DNA of 34,192 nt. Origin: Octopus bimaculoides. Its lineage: Eukaryota. Below the pieces are notes generated by a model. It was given only the letters and a program-made list of their open reading frames with translations. It had not been told where the DNA came from and did no database searches. The DNA is taken from NCBI RefSeq assembly GCF_001194135.2, contig NC_069004.1:32469973-32504164 (forward strand), given 5' to 3'. Shown here in pieces: positions 33,001 to 34,192 of this stretch (positions are counted from its first letter, which is position 1; the number at the start of each line of letters is the position of its first letter). Position numbers and translations under genes: made by a program.

Positions 33001-33400
33001 TTATTATTATATGTTTGACTTTTGCTTTGTAATTGTTACAAGTTGACTTCAAGTCTCGCCCAGAGACCTCAAGAGACAACAACTTAGAAGTTCATGTTGG
33101 TGTTATGCCTAGGGTGTCATATATTTGGTTTTTACACATAGTATTGTTCTAGAGAATGTTTAAGAACACATAAGAAAATTATAAGTTTGTTTTAAAATTT
33201 GAGATGACATAGACAGTATTTTACATAGGATATGGGCAGTTCCTATGAGCACTATCTTTTGAATTTTTGCCATTTTGGGGTTTCCTGGTATCTGAACTAG
33301 GTCGGAATCAGCCCCTTTTGCTGTCAACAGAGCTAGGTCGGAATCAGCCCCTTTTGCTATCAACAGAGCTCGGTAGGAATCAGCCCCTTTTGCTATCATT
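33001..33400 (-). mobile_element. 5'-truncated R4/Dong-clade LINE: ORF C-terminus, 3' UTR and (TAA)n tail
   Basis: ORF 33160..33414 contains MIAKGAD..QIPGNPKMAKIQKIVLIGTAHILCKILSM, matching the IQK..L.GTA.ILR..L end of restriction-like-endonuclease LINEs. 3' end aaagtcaaacat(ata)n. Confidence 0.75.
33297..33396. repeat. 36-bp in-frame tandem triplication at the LINE 5' junction
   Basis: ctaggtcggaatcagccccttttgct(g/a)tcaacagag units start at 33297, 33333 and 33369. Confidence 0.9.
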
Positions 33401-33591
33401 ATCATCATGATCATTATTATTATTAAGGTGGCAAGCTAGCAGAATTGTCTTTCATCCATGTATATCTGTTGAATCAGGGTTGATCTGGAGTTAAACAACA
33501 ATATAATGTTGCCATTGTGGATTAAGTAGTACCAGTCATTCATTGAGTGTCAGCTTTAGTACAGTTTGGTTATTGGATTGGGTTGCCCTTA

Positions 33592-34144
33592 TTAACCCTT
33601 TTGATATCAACCTGCCCAAGACCACCTCTGGTTCTATGATTACAAACTTCCTGTTTTAGAGTAAGCTAAATCAAAACCTTCCGCCAAAATTTCATGTTGA
33701 TTTGTTTCAAATACCAGTTTAATAGTGACAAAGTTATTTTTCTAAATTTTTCATTATTTTCAAAATAGAGCAGTGTATACCAACAGAAAGTGGAGGCACA
33801 ATGGCCCAATTGTTAGGGCAGTGGACTCGCGGTTGGAGGATCGCGTTTTTGATTCCCAGACCGGGCGTTGTGTGTGTTTATTGAGCAAAAACACCTAAAG
33901 CCCCATGAGGCTCCAGCAGGGGGTCGTGGTGACCCCTGTTGTACTCTTTCGCCCCAACTTTCTCTCACCCTTTCTTCCTGTTTCTTGAGTAACGCTGCAA
34001 TGGGCTGGTGTCCCATCCAGCTGGGGGAAACACATACGCCATAGAAACCGGGAAGCCGGGCCCATGAGCCTGGCTAGGCTTGAAAAGGGTGCATAAATAA
34101 AAATTTTAAAAATATCAACAGAAATATGGTATCAGAAGGGTTAA
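33592..34144 (+). mobile_element. piggyBac-like MITE with TTAA TSDs, interrupted by a SINE
   Basis: TTAA(33592-33595)|cccttttgatatc ... ggtatcagaaggg|TTAA(34141-34144); TIRs match 11/13. Confidence 0.8.
33790..34115 (+). mobile_element. tRNA-derived SINE family E nested in the MITE
   Basis: ggaggcacaatggcccaattgttagggcagtggactcgcgg..ttttgattcccagaccggg (A and B boxes), A-rich tail, exact 9-bp TSD caacagaaa at 33781-33789 and 34116-34124. Confidence 0.88.
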
Positions 34145-34192
34145 ATTTTGTTTGCAGTGTTTTTAATCTTTTTAGTCAGGAGGGAAGGTAGT

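Overview
AT-rich eukaryotic DNA saturated with repeats, with four N gaps (1121-1392, 3613-3812, 4509-4848, 29038-29131). The SINE, LINE and MITE families match what I recall from Octopus genomes; this assignment is from memory, not a database search. No complete protein-coding gene is visible, and almost all of the supplied ORF track is translated microsatellite or gap. The window holds at least five tRNA-derived SINE families (labelled A, B, D, E, P), one repeat family with no visible head (C), decayed LINE fragments (RTE, CR1/L2 group, R4/Dong), TTAA- and hAT-type MITEs, several minisatellites and one plausible terminal coding exon (28344-28462, minus strand). The two most unusual observations are a tRNA-headed element whose body ends in a Penelope-type hammerhead-ribozyme motif, present as an inverted partial duplication (9589-9895), and an isolated near-perfect 63-bp hairpin (21013-21075). 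Identities quoted as approximate were judged by eye.
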